From contig JAUFOQ010000005.1 of NCBI GenBank assembly GCA_040285855.1, positions 310,001 through 374,000 on the forward strand: a stretch of DNA of 64,000 nucleotides, given 5' to 3'. Both the position numbers and the translations under genes were made by a program. Of the stretch, positions 37,167 to 51,764 are shown in pieces; positions within the stretch are counted from its first letter, which is position 1, and each line of letters begins with the position of its first letter. The notes under the pieces are model-generated. The model made no database searches. It was not told the origin of the DNA and saw only the letters and a list, made by a program, of their open reading frames with translations. This stretch comes from Eukaryota sp. GEM-RC1 (Eukaryota).

Positions 37167-38525
37167 TAGTGTTTATCTATTTGTACTTAACTTATTATGT
37201 GTTTTTCTTGTGTTTTTCCGCACATAAATCCGTTTTTTTTGTTTTGTTTGTAATTTGTAATAATTTTAACCACCATGTTGTATCTGTGATTGTTTTCCAA
37301 AGTCTAAAAATGAAACTAATGTCGTAGTTTTGATCTTTACAGCACAAACCACCGACAACAGAGTCAGTTCCTTCAAAGACTATTGGAGATATTTCGCACA
37401 AATCCACCGTGCTAAGCAAGTAAAATCCACCTTCTTGGGAACAACCCTTCATGAGCCTTCCGACACATCCTTTCCATAACCCCTTTAAGCTTTCAACTGC
37501 TGAATCCATATTCGCATTACTTATATAATATAATAATCATTTAAGCTATCCATTGCTACTGCAGTTATTCAACACGTCAACAGTTCCAGCAAAACATAAG
37601 TTGACCCAATCAAACACTCCAAAAGACAAATACTCTGTTCTCTCTCTATCCCCCTCCCAAGAGTCGTAATCTATTGATCAAATTTTGTCATCCATTTGTT
37701 GAGGTGATAGTTAAAAATGATCGTTCGTTATCTAAAGTGTTACTCTTTCAAAGCTCATTCAATTTTTCTATAATCGTTCAATAATCGTTTTTTTAAAACA
37801 TCAACTTTAGTGGGGAACTTAAGATACAACCTTCATGTATATATAGTTTTAAAAGATGAGAGTTTCTGAGCAGATCTCTGGGTTATTGATACAATAGGGT
37901 CCTGTCATCTCGTAGTTCTCAGAATCTAATCAGGGTTAAACACGATGCCACGATCAATTGTAATTAGTTTATATAGAAATGAAATAGAAATGATTTCTGA
38001 AAAGAACAAAAAATACAGATAATTGTACTTCTCGTTTTCAAATACAATTGTTCCATTACTATTGTTGCACAATTAGCACACAGAATTCATCTATTGAACA
38101 ACATTCTGTATTAATTATATTATATTATTATAGTAAAAAATGAGTGCTCTTGTTTGATTAAAATCAGATACAATACTCGACTCAAATGGAAGTGTTTCAT
38201 TTAAGTGAGTCACCATTCCTTTCGTCTGGATTATTCTTGAGTTTTCTGAATTCATTAGAAGTCTGCATTTATCTAGTTTCTGCAGATACCCTGGTGAAGA
38301 AGGTGTTTAACCTTCACCATGTTTAACACGCAAAATTCTGCATCTATCTCATGGATTGGAGAGAGCAGAGAAATATGGAATATATCAATTACAACTCTTG
38401 AGCAAGGCTTATTATACAGAAGACTGGGTATGTACTAGTGAGATTTCTTAAAATCTTATAATCGAGCCTGTGAATAACACATATATCAAAAACAGTAGAA
38501 AAGGGGGTACAAGCGCTTTCTTGAA

Positions 38526-40054
38526 CTAAATCCCACACAACCTTGAATCCATGTAACTTCTCTTAGAACATTCATACAGAACATTGTTGGAATTGTAACG
38601 AAATTCCAAGACTTGGGCCACTTGATTGTCATAAGCTTTCCTATTGCTGTAGTAAAACAAAAATCCCCAAAAAAGACAACTCATAACCATAAATACTGGA
38701 GTTGTAAACATACTGAGGTCCATAAATCTAAGATCTTTGAAAAACCACATATAATCGTTCCCACCAAAGAAAAATACAGAAATAAGAACAAATATGAAAA
38801 AATAAGCAAATTGGATATTAATAAACATCTTTTCATTTGATCCATATTATAAGAAGCTGAAGGTAAACGTGAACACTTTCTTAAACTGTAAGACAAATAC
38901 TTACCAAAAGATACACTAAAGGAAGTGAAATTAAACCAAAAGTTGGAACATGTATTTGAGCTATGAAACTCAAAACATAATAGTAACAGACTTTAGCTTG
39001 ACTCAGAGGTAAGTCAAACAAAGGCTTTTCAAATGATTTACTTGAAGATCTAAACTTGTACCAAAAGAAAGGAAATACAACATCAAAAAAGAACGTTAAG
39101 AAAAATAAAATAAAAAAAAAGAAACTGAAAGCACTACGGAAGCAATCGAATATATACGGAGAGACACCAAAAGGGAAACGGTAAGGAAACACAATCTTAA
39201 GAAAACGAGATACCACAATCTGATAGAATCTCTCTCAGGAATGGATAACGGGGAAGTTAAATAGTAAAGTACAGATCTTCCTAAAAAATTAAATAAACAC
39301 GCTAAGAGTGGCAGTGCAAAGAATCCGAGAGAGATATTTAAGGAATAGACATTATCAGAATAATAAGAATCATAATAAACAACAGATATACCAACAACAC
39401 CCATCAACATCACAAAAGCATGATCAAAGTTGATACAATTATAGCTCCCCAACTGACCTTTGGAAAGTTATCACTATTACCTTGATTGGAAGAAAATTGA
39501 TCTTCTTCTATTGATTCTTTCAATTGATTAGATAACTTGTTGCGGAAGTAACCCACGTCTAAGGTTGCAGTATATTTCCAGTTGTAACTAAAAATAGCGC
39601 TGAGTGACTTAAGACAGTCTAGATCGTTACCTTGAGTTATACTATTCTCACGTTCAACAGAGAAGTAGACGCGGGAAAGTAAAGACAGATGAACAAGTGG
39701 GAAAAGAAGTATGCACAAACTCATACTAAGAACGTGGAAATGCTTAAATTCGAGATCTGAACCACTAAGGAAGTGGATAATGTCTTTCAAGCTGCTAAGA
39801 GAAGAGAAAGAAAAAGATTGCTATGAGTGTCGCAATAGATACAAACGTAAACATCAATAACACTTTGACAAGAAAAGAGAGCTGAAAAACGGATGTACAA
39901 ATGCTTCCCCGTGTGTAGTGAAATGGAGCGCGTGAGCATGGAAGAAGGTGTGTTGAGAGGAGTCATCAGTTTCTACAGAAGTGGGAGAACTAGCCGAGAG
40001 ATTGGGGGAGTTAGATGTATCTCTAATCACCACTAAAAGTGGGGAAGATGACAT
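38526..40054 (-). CDS. Membrane protein paralog B, right-arm copy (frameshifted)
   Basis: Mirror of 8244..9776. Confidence 0.75.
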
Positions 40055-41279
40055 TATACGAGACAATAATTGAGAAAGAAAAAACGTCAGGTCACTCAGC
40101 TGTTCATCACATTTATCTCACAGTAGCCGAAAAACAGATCCTCTAAAGTCGTTTGATTACCTTGTGGCAAACGTCTCTTTAAACTGGATTCCTTGTAGTA
40201 GATGGATGGACTGATCCTTTTGGTCGTCCACTTATGATCTTTAACATTGTTACACCTGATGGTGCAATGTAATACCACTTTGCAAATTTTAAAGAACGTC
40301 ATGTTATTTTTTAGAAATTAATAATGCTATTGAAACAGTAAAACCAGCGTACATCACCAATGATGAAACAAAGATGGTCAAAGTCGATAGACGAATTTAA
40401 AAGAAATTTCTATGATTTATCAGCAGCCATAGAAGTTGAAGAAGACGAAGAATTTTCGAATGATTTAGTTCAACAACAAGATGAAATTGCTAATATCCTT
40501 CTTGGTGACTAGAAATTGAGTATTCGAGAATTATGTCACTCAAACTGTATCAATCTGTAGTATTTGGTGAGTTCCTGCTGTACAACAACTATTTAAAACC
40601 AGACCCGCATTTTACGTTTCCGAAATATATTTTACGTTTTCATGCCGTTTCCGGAATGATATGCTTATTGGAAACGTTTCGGAAACGTAGAAACGTCTCT
40701 CGTAACACTACTTAATAATATTCATGTTGTTATTATACCTAACAAGATCATCAGTACAACCAAAAGAACATGCATCAGGTTAGGATAATTATACAAATGA
40801 ACACAGTTAAAGGACAAATTAAATTGTAGATGGCAGGTCAAAGGTCAGGTCAAGGTCGTAACATTCAGGTCAAAGGTCAGATCAAGGTCAACTGATTCAG
40901 GTCAAAGGTCATGTCAAGGTCATCATATGAATTGTCCTGACCTGTGACCTTTAACAACCCTAATATACAAGTAAACAACTTTATAGACATACAACTGGAG
41001 ACATATTGTGTTGGTGAAACTTCATGTTAGCTTTGATGTGGTTCCGTTAAGACACAGAAGTTGCAGATAAAAAGAATTCTCTTGAAATAAAAAGACTGAG
41101 GTAACAGAGGAAGGAAAAGCAATGCTGTTTGACAACAAAAGGGTAGGATTGTAAGGGAAGAGATCTAGCATATGAAACACTACGGATGCATTGTATATGT
41201 TCTATACGATGACAACCGGAGGTGAGAAATGTGAAGAGAGAGTTGTAAGAAGTCAAAGTTGTTAAGATTATAACAATAG

Positions 41280-41837
41280 TAGGCTTGTCACTTGATAAAA
41301 ACGTTTAAAACGTATTTTGAAAAAACGACGTTTTTATTCTTGTCAACGTTTTTATATTCCGGATTGACACAAAAAGCACGACTTTCTACTCCACTTTTGT
41401 CTTAATATGGCAGATGTTATTACATGTACGTTGTTTCTGACCAAGCAAGACTGAAACAAGGCAAGAGTAATTGTTGGTGAAACCATTGCTGGTACAGTAT
41501 ATGCTCTTTGGTTCTGTGTCTGAGTGAAATGACCTTCAGGTACACTCGAACAGTGTTTTTGTTGCATACACCTTGTTATCTACCCGTCCTGACCACGTGA
41601 TCATCGTTAGATGAGCATTGTACTTCGTCTCCATGGTGTTATTCTTCCCATCTCAAAAGAACATAGCTGCAATGATCGATCTATGAAAGATTCGGTTGAT
41701 GAAGATGAAGTGAGAAACAGTGAAAAGTTGAAACAGTTGATCTGCCTTTTTTGAACGTTTTTTATTAAACTCAAAAAAAACGTAAAAAACGATAAAAACG
41801 TCGTTTTTTATTTTTGAGCAACGTTTTTACAAGCCGG
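41280..41837. mobile_element. Non-autonomous hAT-type element, right-arm copy
   Basis: TSD AACAATAG at 41272-41279 and 41838-41845. Confidence 0.8.
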
Positions 41838-42238
41838 AACAATAGTGATATCTGTGGTCATGTTGTGTTAACACGTGTTGTTGTTCCAACACTCATTGTG
41901 CTATTACTACAGTACAATTTGTAATGCTTTAGAAAAGTTGTTAATTGAAACCTTTTATGGTGCTCTTATAGTAAGACACAGAGTCCATACAGAAAGAATA
42001 TATATGATATTGATGCCAAACATACTATAGTTTTATTTAGATTCCCATAAGGATACAAACGACATACCCGCAATCAATGTATCACACGCATTACTCAAAT
42101 AGAGAGAGCTCAGGAAAGAATAAAATAACCAGGTATACAACAGATTATTGTCATAAAAATACTTAACCATGGAGAAAAACGATGAGACAAGTTAAATGAC
42201 TGAGGTAAAAACGCACTAAGTCTAGTTCACTTCTTGAA

Positions 42239-43728
42239 CTATATTCCATGAAATCGTGATTCTTTTAAGCTTCTCCTGGAACATTCATACAAAACAGTGG
42301 TTGAGTTTTGACGGAATTCTAGTGTTTTGGTCAGTTGATTGTCATACGCTTTCCTATTACTGTAGTATAAAAGAAATCCCCAAAAAGACAAGATACAACC
42401 AAAAATACTGGTGTGGTATACATACTAACATTCATTAATCTTTGATCTACAAAAGGATCATACAGACAAGAATGCTGGACAATCAAAGAAATAAAGAAAA
42501 ATAAAAATAAATAAGAAGCGACAATAATACCCGATATACGATAGCAACATTTTAACTGGTCTCTGTAAGTGGCTGATAAACGTGATGCGTTTCGCAACTT
42601 ACTGGATACGATCACACCATAAATAAATACGAAAGGAAATGAAACTATAGCAGAAATAGGCGAATAGAATTGAGCTGTGAAACTCAAAACATGGTAATAC
42701 AAGACACTAGCTTGACTGTAAGGTAAGTCAAACAAAAGTGCTTGCAATGGAAACAACAAATCTCGATACACATCAAAACCAATCCCAAAAATCGCTTCCA
42801 TAACAACAATAGACAGAACATAAAAGCCGAAATCAGTGGGAAAACAACTAGATGTGACGATTAAATTAGGCAAAGGTACTGAAAAGAATACTAATTTTAA
42901 AGTAATGAGGTACCACAATCTGACGGAATCTTTCTGAGATGCAGGTAAACGAGAAGTAAAATGATATAAAAATACTTTTGCAAAGAAATTACATAAAACA
43001 ACCATAAGAGCACTTACACCCTCACCTGAGCCACCTGAAAGGTGAAATAGAAAAACAAGAAAGCCCAGAAGAAAAGCTAGGAATCCATTCACAAAAAAAA
43101 GAATTATCCAGTCAACTTTTAGATTTTTCATGTCAGATGGATTTGACGATGTATCATGGTCTAGCACCTGTTGAAGTTCCTGGTAAACCATTGTTTGAGC
43201 GTATGTTACATCAAGTTTAGCTGTGTGAGTCCAATTGTAACTGAAAAGAGAGTTAAATGTTTCTAAAGACTTCATGTTACCATGATCACGGTATGTATGG
43301 TCACTTTCTGAAGGCTTCATACATGTTACAATTAAACAGCAAGGGAGAATGAAGCAAAGAGATAAGGAAATAACACTACTACTGATAAACAAGGAGGATT
43401 CAATCCCAGTGGATAGATAAAGTGGTAGTGCCATGAATGATACAATTAGCAGGGGCAGTAGGCTGGTGGAGAGGATCAGAAGATGAAGAAATAGAAAACT
43501 ATACACTCTTCCGTATGTGTGTTTCAAATCACGAACGGCTCGAGCGAAAGGGATAACTCGATGGAGAGAAGGATTATGGAATGTAGGCAGCAGATGAGTT
43601 ATTACAGAAGAAGAAGACGAAGAGTATGTTTGAGTTTGAGACCATGTTGATGTGGACGAACCACCAACCACAGGTGGCGATTGTCCTTGTAACAACGGCC
43701 AAGAAGACGAATAGGGACTGATATACAT
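42239..43728 (-). CDS. Membrane protein paralog A, right-arm copy (frameshift near the C-terminus)
   Basis: 498-aa ORF 42331..43827; true C-terminus read from the mirror copy. Confidence 0.8.
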
Positions 43729-43979
43729 TGGAGAGGGTTCAGAAGTGAATGAGTGTCTGTGAGATCGAAATGGTATTGACGTGGGAGATTCACCAGCCAC
43801 CACCTCTAGAGATGGCTCTAGTAACAATCGAAGAAATGATGTTGAGCTGAGATTACTTCTACAATGTAGTAATGACTCCTCTTTAGTCCTTTTCCATCAA
43901 ATTCTGTTGCAAATGATCAATCAGCATTTGACAGAAGTCTTGTTAACAATGTTTTGTTTGACCACGTTTTAATGAGACT

Positions 43980-45450
43980 TTTTTTGTGTATTTTATTCTA
44001 AATATAATAGACTAAACAACTAAAATTGACTAACGGTGTTTATGATCAATCAGTGAAATAAATGCATTTGCAGAAATTAACTAACAAACACTAAATAAAG
44101 TATCTAAACTATGATCCTTCTGTCCATCACCGAACAATTTACTGAATCAACGTTTCTGTGCATTGATCGAAACAACGCAAACGTTAACCTACTCAACCAA
44201 AAACTTTCACTGAAACCTTTACCGTACTCAGAACACAATTTACCAAAGGAAGTTAAAAAAACCTTGTGCAGCTGGTCCAACATTACCGTTTATTGACATG
44301 GCAAAAGGATGAAACACAAAAGAATTGTACCTGTCAACATTCAATTTGTTAATTAAGTGGCAGTACTTTGTATTTTTTCCCTTTTCAGCCACTTCAAGAA
44401 CAGAAATATCATCATCAAAAATTTTGGAAATTGATCTTGAATTACAAGAATCAACAGTTGTGAAATCCATGATAATTTCCTGACAAGATAACCAAGGACC
44501 AATCAAATCACCACGACTTCTATCAACTTTTGGCTGATCTGAAAGATTAGCAAGTAAAGGATCAATTTATCCATGAGCATTGACCATTAGCTTTAAACAT
44601 ATTCAAACATGTATCACGGATACTGTTGTGAATAATTGATCTGAAATGAATAACTTGATGACAGTTAACTAAATGATGAAAATTTGAAGCCTTTGAACGA
44701 CCACAAAGACATGGAGAATGCTTCAACAGACCTGAAGGCCATAAACATTACCTAAGTCTCATGCTTATAAGCCATTCCTGATCCTTAAGATTCAAACAAA
44801 ATTTTCTTGGCAAACGAGAAACAAATGAAGACGCAGCGCTTGAAGAAATACCATTCAAAAACGATCAAAGGGGGACTCTTAGTCTTAGCCACGCTAATAC
44901 GGTTTTTAAAGTACATGCTTTCGTGAAACAAAACAAACTTCTTCTGTAACTTGCGAACACACAAAGTCAAAGAGAAGACGCTTTTCTGCTGAATTTCTGT
45001 CACCCCAACAGGAAATAAATCTGACCACAAATTGGAGTCAAGATTATCAATTATTATCTTGAAGACTGATTAACCATGCACAAGGTGAGTGAAGTAAAAA
45101 ATCTTCCATTTTCCATAACACAGGATAACGATTCTGAAATTCAAACAAAAAATTCTTTAATGACCCCAAAAAGGCACCATCATGCGTGTACTTAGCTTTC
45201 GTGAAAATATTTCAACCAAAAGAAATAGAAGTGAAACAATGAGAAGGAAGTGAAAAGTCTTTGTTACCAACCAGATAACTAACCAAATTTGTTCGCAAGA
45301 ATTAACATTACGAGATAATTCGAGAGTTAGTTCGGGTGGTAAACCACGTAAAAAGTGATTAATTTTACCACCAAAACAAACTGGCAGCATAGCAAAATAA
45401 ACTGGTTTGCCTGCACCTAGATCAACAAATTGGTTAAGCATCTGAAAATT
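43980..45450 (-). mobile_element. Decayed CRE-type retrotransposon copy, right arm
   Basis: Mirror of 2835..4307. Confidence 0.88.
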
Positions 45451-47879
45451 TGATATCATTAAAACAACATCCGTCGCTATCAAATCTTTCAAAAGCTTTG
45501 TCCTCATAAAAGGAACTCACAGCTATTGAAGCTTTGGAGATGATTAGGGGAATTGCTTTCAAAATAGTAAAAACGATGCTATTCATCAATAACATATGAT
45601 CAAAAGGTTTGTTCATCCTGTTTTTTACGATTTTTCGGAAATCGTTTAAAAAACTCAATGCACTTCATTTAATAACAAACCATACACTTGTGCAATTTGA
45701 TTAATTAATACCACATCAGAACTCTAATTTAAATCAATTTAAAAATATGCGAAATATGGATTTTTTACCTTGACCACGCTAAGACGAACTGTAAAATCAT
45801 GCTTTCAAAATATTTTATTAAATGATTTTGTAGCTTCTTTAAAGCAAATTTTAATGACATAATGTTTCGACATGGAATTTCTTTGATATCAACAGGAAAA
45901 CAAGATGACCATAACTCAGGAAAAGATTTCCTATTTCACCACGGAAATGATTAAGATAAAAGCAGCTAGTACTGTCAAGAACAGAAGTGCTTGATGGATA
46001 TTGATTACAAAACTCGAATACCAAATTCTTTCCACCACCAATGAAAGCTGCTTTAGTCCACCATTTAGAAGATGTAAATCTCAAACCTCCAATATATTTA
46101 ATGGAAAATGTGTGGTTATTTAAAATGTTGGGGTTGACTTGTAGAAGGAATGAAAGAAAGTCTGTGCGAATTTGTTAAAAGCTCTACAGAAATCATTCGA
46201 TAACACAGGAGCAAGGGACTTTAAAAGATGAGTAATTTTGCCAGAATAACAAATTTTGAGTTTTAATACTGTGTTATTGTCCTTTCAGTATTGCTGGCAA
46301 AACTATCTAAGTAGATTATTGCAAATCGAGAGCAATACTTTTGACAGGTACTACAGCAATTTGTGTATTTAGTGTGGATAAAGAATTAGTGTGGATTTTA
46401 ATTAGTGTGGTCCACACTAATTCTATTTTCTTGCTTTTTTATAGTGTTAATTTTGGACTTAATTAGTGTGGATCTTAGTACTCTATTAATACTTTTGACA
46501 GGTACTAAATTGTACTTTAGACACTTAATCAACACAACTCACTATATGTGTGTAAAACAATACAGGTAGAAAGATTGACATCGCCACTCAACCAACTAGC
46601 CACTTCTTCGCTCACACAAGTGTGTTGACAAACGTTCCAAAAACATGGACATTGTAGCGAAATAAAAGAAGACATAAGGCAAAAGAGAAAATTGTTCGTG
46701 AATTTTGCATCCACCCGTACATATACTGTAATTCCAATTCATTTAATTCATTTGCTAGTTTAGTCTAAACATACACTCATTAATCGAGTTTAATGTCCTT
46801 GCTTGTTCAAGGCAGTAAACTATTGCAAGTAATTAATTGGTAATACTACTAGTAGTACTGCATTTCAATTGGAGTTACGTAAATCAAGTAAATTAGAACC
46901 AGTTCTAAATGCTGGAATTTAATACACATCTACTTCGTTAAGGTCGTTCATATCAGATTGAAGATGTCTAGTACATTTTAAGAACAAAATTTTCAGCAAG
47001 AAAGAGTTGTTTACATATATGGCTATTCTAGTAAAAGAATTTCAGTTCTTCTTTTCATTTTTAACAGATCTACTGGATAGTGTTTCAGAAGACAATCAAC
47101 TTTAAATCTGAACAAAATCAAGAATTTTTAACTCTGATTGTTGTTGATGTAAGAGACAATCCCAACTTTCTGAATATCAAACTATTGTGAAGGTGTAACA
47201 GTAGTAATGATTTTGTGTGAAACCATTGATGTGTAATATCCTCTTGCAAACGAGTTATGTATAGTAATATACGATCTGAGATGGTAGACAAAGATGGTTT
47301 TCAAATTTGATTGTCTCTGTTTTGAAGTGGTAATTTTATCATTAGTAATGGTCATTGAAAGAAGTTTTGTTTTTACACTTTCATTAACTAAACACAACCA
47401 AGCACATTTTGAATTTTAGTGATGTACTGGACAATTCTGTAGATTAAATGTAAACTTTGAAGATGTTATCAGGACAAATCAAGAAGTTCAAATCCTCTTA
47501 TTTCAACTGTGGTACACTAATCATGGTAACTAGTCTCACTCAGACTAATTATCATTGTTGGAAATTAGTCTCACCTCCAAAAAATATTTGTTGTCATTCG
47601 TTAAGATCAACAAATATACGACGATCAATAGAGGAGGAAAACATTCGTCCAATGCGTCTGCTTGATTTACTTCCACAACAATTATATTAGGATGGACAAT
47701 CCAACCAGAAGGATGTGCTAAAATAAGCTCATTATTGAAAAACGACGTCCTGACTCAATTTCTTGCCTTGTAAACACAAATATCAGCGGAAATGTTATTC
47801 ATAGGAAAAAAAGAAGTAATATCGAGGTGGTTCAGTATTTGTATTCGTCGAATGTTGTTCTATTTATAGGTATTTTATC

Positions 47880-50200
47880 ACAAAAGTGAGAATTTGAGAA
47901 ACCACGGATTCCTCAACCTCCAGATCCCTTTGTAATTTCTTCTGATGAAGATGAAACTCCCGGAGTACTATTAGAAGCTGTAGTAGACCCCAATACAGGA
48001 CGTCAACGACGCTCTCCTTCATCTCGACCTCCCCCTTGTAGATCAAGATGTAGAAGAGATCTCCAGCTCAGAACCAACTTCTCTTTCCTTAACTTCACCG
48101 TCTTTACGAGCCAGTGTTGATAACTTCATTTCAAGGGAACCGCACAATAAACGAAAGTGTCAGCTCTGTCCTTCCTCTAAAGCTTATCCCTACAATGATT
48201 TTCCAACTACAACAATACGTCAACACCTAATCGTAATCATCCTGGATGGGAAAATTATGATTTGTTTTTCCATCAACATCTTGCATTTAGATTAGTGGAA
48301 TCAAAAGGGATTGATTGTCCAATCGAGAGAGTTCCTTAATCGTAATGCCAAACTGTTTAAGAATCAAACATTACGGAAAGCAATATTGGATAACTACTCG
48401 ACCAAAAAAAGAGCTCTGAAGTGTTAATTGAGTAACATATCTTGAAAATATGGCTTACTCAAGATCACTGGACTTCTACAGAAAATGAGTTCTAGGAGTA
48501 ACCATCCAATATATTGGGAAAACCAATACACAGGAATCGATGTTTCCCCTTTACCGCGTCCACACAATGCATCCCATATTCAGTCTACTTTGAATAAAAA
48601 TAATTGGGCTTTAAAATTAAGAATAGATCATCTCATTTAAATTTGATCAATAAACTTTATACACAAACGTTGCGATGAGTTACAGTGGCGTCACGTCAAC
48701 TACCATGTATAAACTCAATGTATAGATAAACTACATAGCTTATCTAAAACTAAACTGGTGGTGAAACCCTTCATTGTCTAAGATTGAAAGCCACAAGTTA
48801 AAACATTTAAACATTGAGAAAGTTCGGAGCACTGATACTACGAGTCGTAAAAACTGTCACCAAGAACAGGTATCTTGCTAGAGTCAACTACGGGAGAAGA
48901 TAGAGCTTACACTTTCCACTGAAGCAACAACTATTGCATTAACAGTCGACTTGTGGACCTCCAAAAACCACTGTTCGTACTTAGGAGTTACATTGCACTT
49001 TATCAATTCGTGATTTCAGCCAAAATCAAGTCTGACAGACATTGCGGAAGTCAAAAGTGCTATAAAAAAATCGGAAAAGGCACATGTAGCATATATCGGG
49101 AACAGAGACATCGTTCCCCTGGATTTAATCACTCATAACTTAAAAGAGAAAGGCAGGAAAGTGGAAGTGTATGAGTATCAAAGTGACAAAATGAATGTTA
49201 TGGAAGTGATCTTGAAAAATCAGAAAAACCATCACCCTTTCATGTTATTCATACTGTTTGAGTGAGAAGTTTCACAAAAAATGAATCAGTTACAGACGTT
49301 TTTTACATGTCAAATCTATGACTTCCGAAGATGTATCAAACAAGATCAACGAATAGTCTCGAAATACTCCATAGATGATGTGTTACTCATGTCTTCAATT
49401 TGATTTACAAGTCATCTATTTGTTGTATCAAGATAAAGAATTTTCCGAAAAGATACACGTATATTGAAAAGTTTCACATGTAAATGAGATGCAAGAATGA
49501 TTCCCCGAAAGATTAAAGCTAGATAGAATTCTGATTACTTGACGATAACCAAAGATTACTGTTTTGATAAGTATTTCCTTCATCTCTATGGTTTGCCAGC
49601 CTACGAAGCAATATTTCTGGATTCCTGGTTTATAACACAGAGGTTTCAATCATTCAGTTTTTTTTACGTTACTGATGAAAGAAGGAACAACTATTAGTTG
49701 CAAATAATGGGTGTAAATTGGAAATTGGAAATTTTGAATAATAGAAGTCTTCCACGTATCGTCCAAATTGACAAATGATAATTTGGAACAACACAAATAA
49801 TTACAAATGGTGAAAAACTAAAGCAAAACTCTAAAGGACACTCAAAAGTGCTGGAAATTTCTTCCAACAAAACTGATCAAGTACTGTAAGTAATAATCTT
49901 CAGAGGATAAGTTTGTTATATTCTAAACAAAGAACTAACGTATTTAAAACAGAAGACCTCAAACAAAAAAGGACTAATTTGATCACGTTGACAATTGAAA
50001 GTTTCAAAAGAAATACAACAATTGATGCAGAAATGGACCAACAATGTTTAATATATAACTCAGTAGAAATAGAAATCAATCTTGAGGAAATTAAGCAGCA
50101 ACCAAGTGATTGAGTTGATGACGTCATCAACCAGGAATCCAAAGTAAAGTAACAAACCTGAAACTCAAAGTAAGATCAGGTTATCCAAAAGAAGTAGACA
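47880..50200 (+). pseudogene. Decayed hAT-superfamily transposase (boundaries approximate)
   Basis: BED finger KRKCQLC...TTTIRQHL.RNHP (about 48150-48245) and the hAT first-catalytic-Asp motif IALTVDLWTSKNHCSYLGVTLHFI (about 48933-49004). Many stops. Confidence 0.8.
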
Positions 50201-51764
50201 TGAGGGAGATGAATCGAGAAATAGTCTCAAGTATAGAAGTTTAATCAAGAAAAAGTTAGAGAACAGACTCAACTAGAGTGTGATAACTACAAACACGTTT
50301 CCTAACACCGTGTTAACACGTGTCAAGGATTACTTCTGGTAACGTGTCACATACACAGCACTCAATTGACGAAGAAGAATTGATCTGCAAATGAGATAAT
50401 TGATCCCCCGTTGTGAACTAATAGAGAAGAGAAGAAGAGAGTAGACGAGAGCAACAGTGCAGAGCAAAGGACATAAATGTGAAGTTCGAGAGAGTTGAAT
50501 CACAGAGAGAAGTTCATGACCTCACCTCAATGTTGAACATGTAACCTTCTCCTGAACGATATGGGACGCCCCTAATGCCGCGCCACGATTCTTCTGCTCA
50601 ATCTCATTCATTTGGAGCCACAACTCTGTCTTTCCTTGATCTACCTCTCCTCAAAGTCCTTTCGATGTCCGATCTTCACGTCTTCGTGACCAATCGATCT
50701 CCTACAGAGATTCAAAAGCACCGTTTGATCTGAATCCAAAAGCTACCTAAGAACGTGATTACTAGTCTGAAGTCTCTCTCATTTCCTTTAACTAAAACTG
50801 GTGAATCTCCACCTCTAAACTCGTTTGCTTCTCCTCGTCCTTCACACTCCTTCAATTCCTTCCTTCTTTCTCCCTCTCAAAGTAATGTCTTGCCAGTTCT
50901 CTCGTCTCCTGACCTTTGTGACTCTCCACTTGTCAAAAACTAGTTCCCACCACTGATTTAGGCTATCACTTCAATCTCAAGAAAACTCTGATTTGAATGT
51001 CTAACATGAGTTACTATCTATTAAAGTACCCTATTTATCACTAATGACAGTGTTTATTACTTTCCAGCATTCACACTACCTAAATCTACAGTCTATTGAA
51101 TTCACTGATTGTTGTACTTTCTTGGTATAATTTTCAATGAGAAAACTAGAACACGTGTTTTTCTGATATACTTTCTTGAAAAAAGCTTTCATTGAGATCA
51201 TGTCCATTGCTCTTTTTATTCTGAATGAGTCTAAAAGAACTTGATTAATGGAAATTATCAGAGCCACATTTCCTTTTCATCAAACTAATATCATTGTTGA
51301 GTGTTAGTTTTGAGTCTACTTAAGTTAATACTTTTAACTTAATTGGTACTTAGCAAATGCTTCAATTATTCATTTTCAATCTTATTGGAGAGTTATTTCC
51401 TCATCTTCTTTCTTCTTTTTGTTTTAACTACTGGTTTAAATGGTTCTACTCAGTGGAGGAAGGAATTGTCACTACTCAGAATTTTTTTTACTATTTTTTC
51501 TGTTAATTTAGTTTATTTGGCATTTGACAATAAAATAACTCAACAGGTCAATGAACTCAGAACAACTGATAAAACTTTACTTTCCTTACTTACTCCTGGA
51601 TTTAGACCTCTCCAAGTATAATAGTTAGGGGTTTGAGTAAGTTAAACAAAGACAATGTAAAGTACTGGACAGCAGTCCAAATCTCCTTATCATAGCTTAA
51701 TGTTGATGGAGAAAGAGAGTTTGGAGTGGGAGGAGATTTGATTAGAGGAATTTGACAGCTTGAC

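Larger units (their letters stand above)
28360..48283. repeat. Right arm of the giant inverted repeat (outer end cannot be fixed within this window)
   Basis: Begins at attcatgcacttgcaaaagta (28360), the reverse complement of the left-arm end. Differs from the left arm by scattered substitutions and small indels. Confidence 0.97.

Noticed and set aside
37167..37300. Poly(A) tail and TSD for the full-length retrotransposon
   Set aside because: Only a T-rich 3' region was seen; no convincing A-tail or duplicated target could be identified by eye.
47942..47968. CTGATGA...GAAAC...GTA resembling a hammerhead ribozyme core
   Set aside because: No stem II and no stem I pairing; it reads as coding sequence (SDEDETPGV) of the hAT relic.
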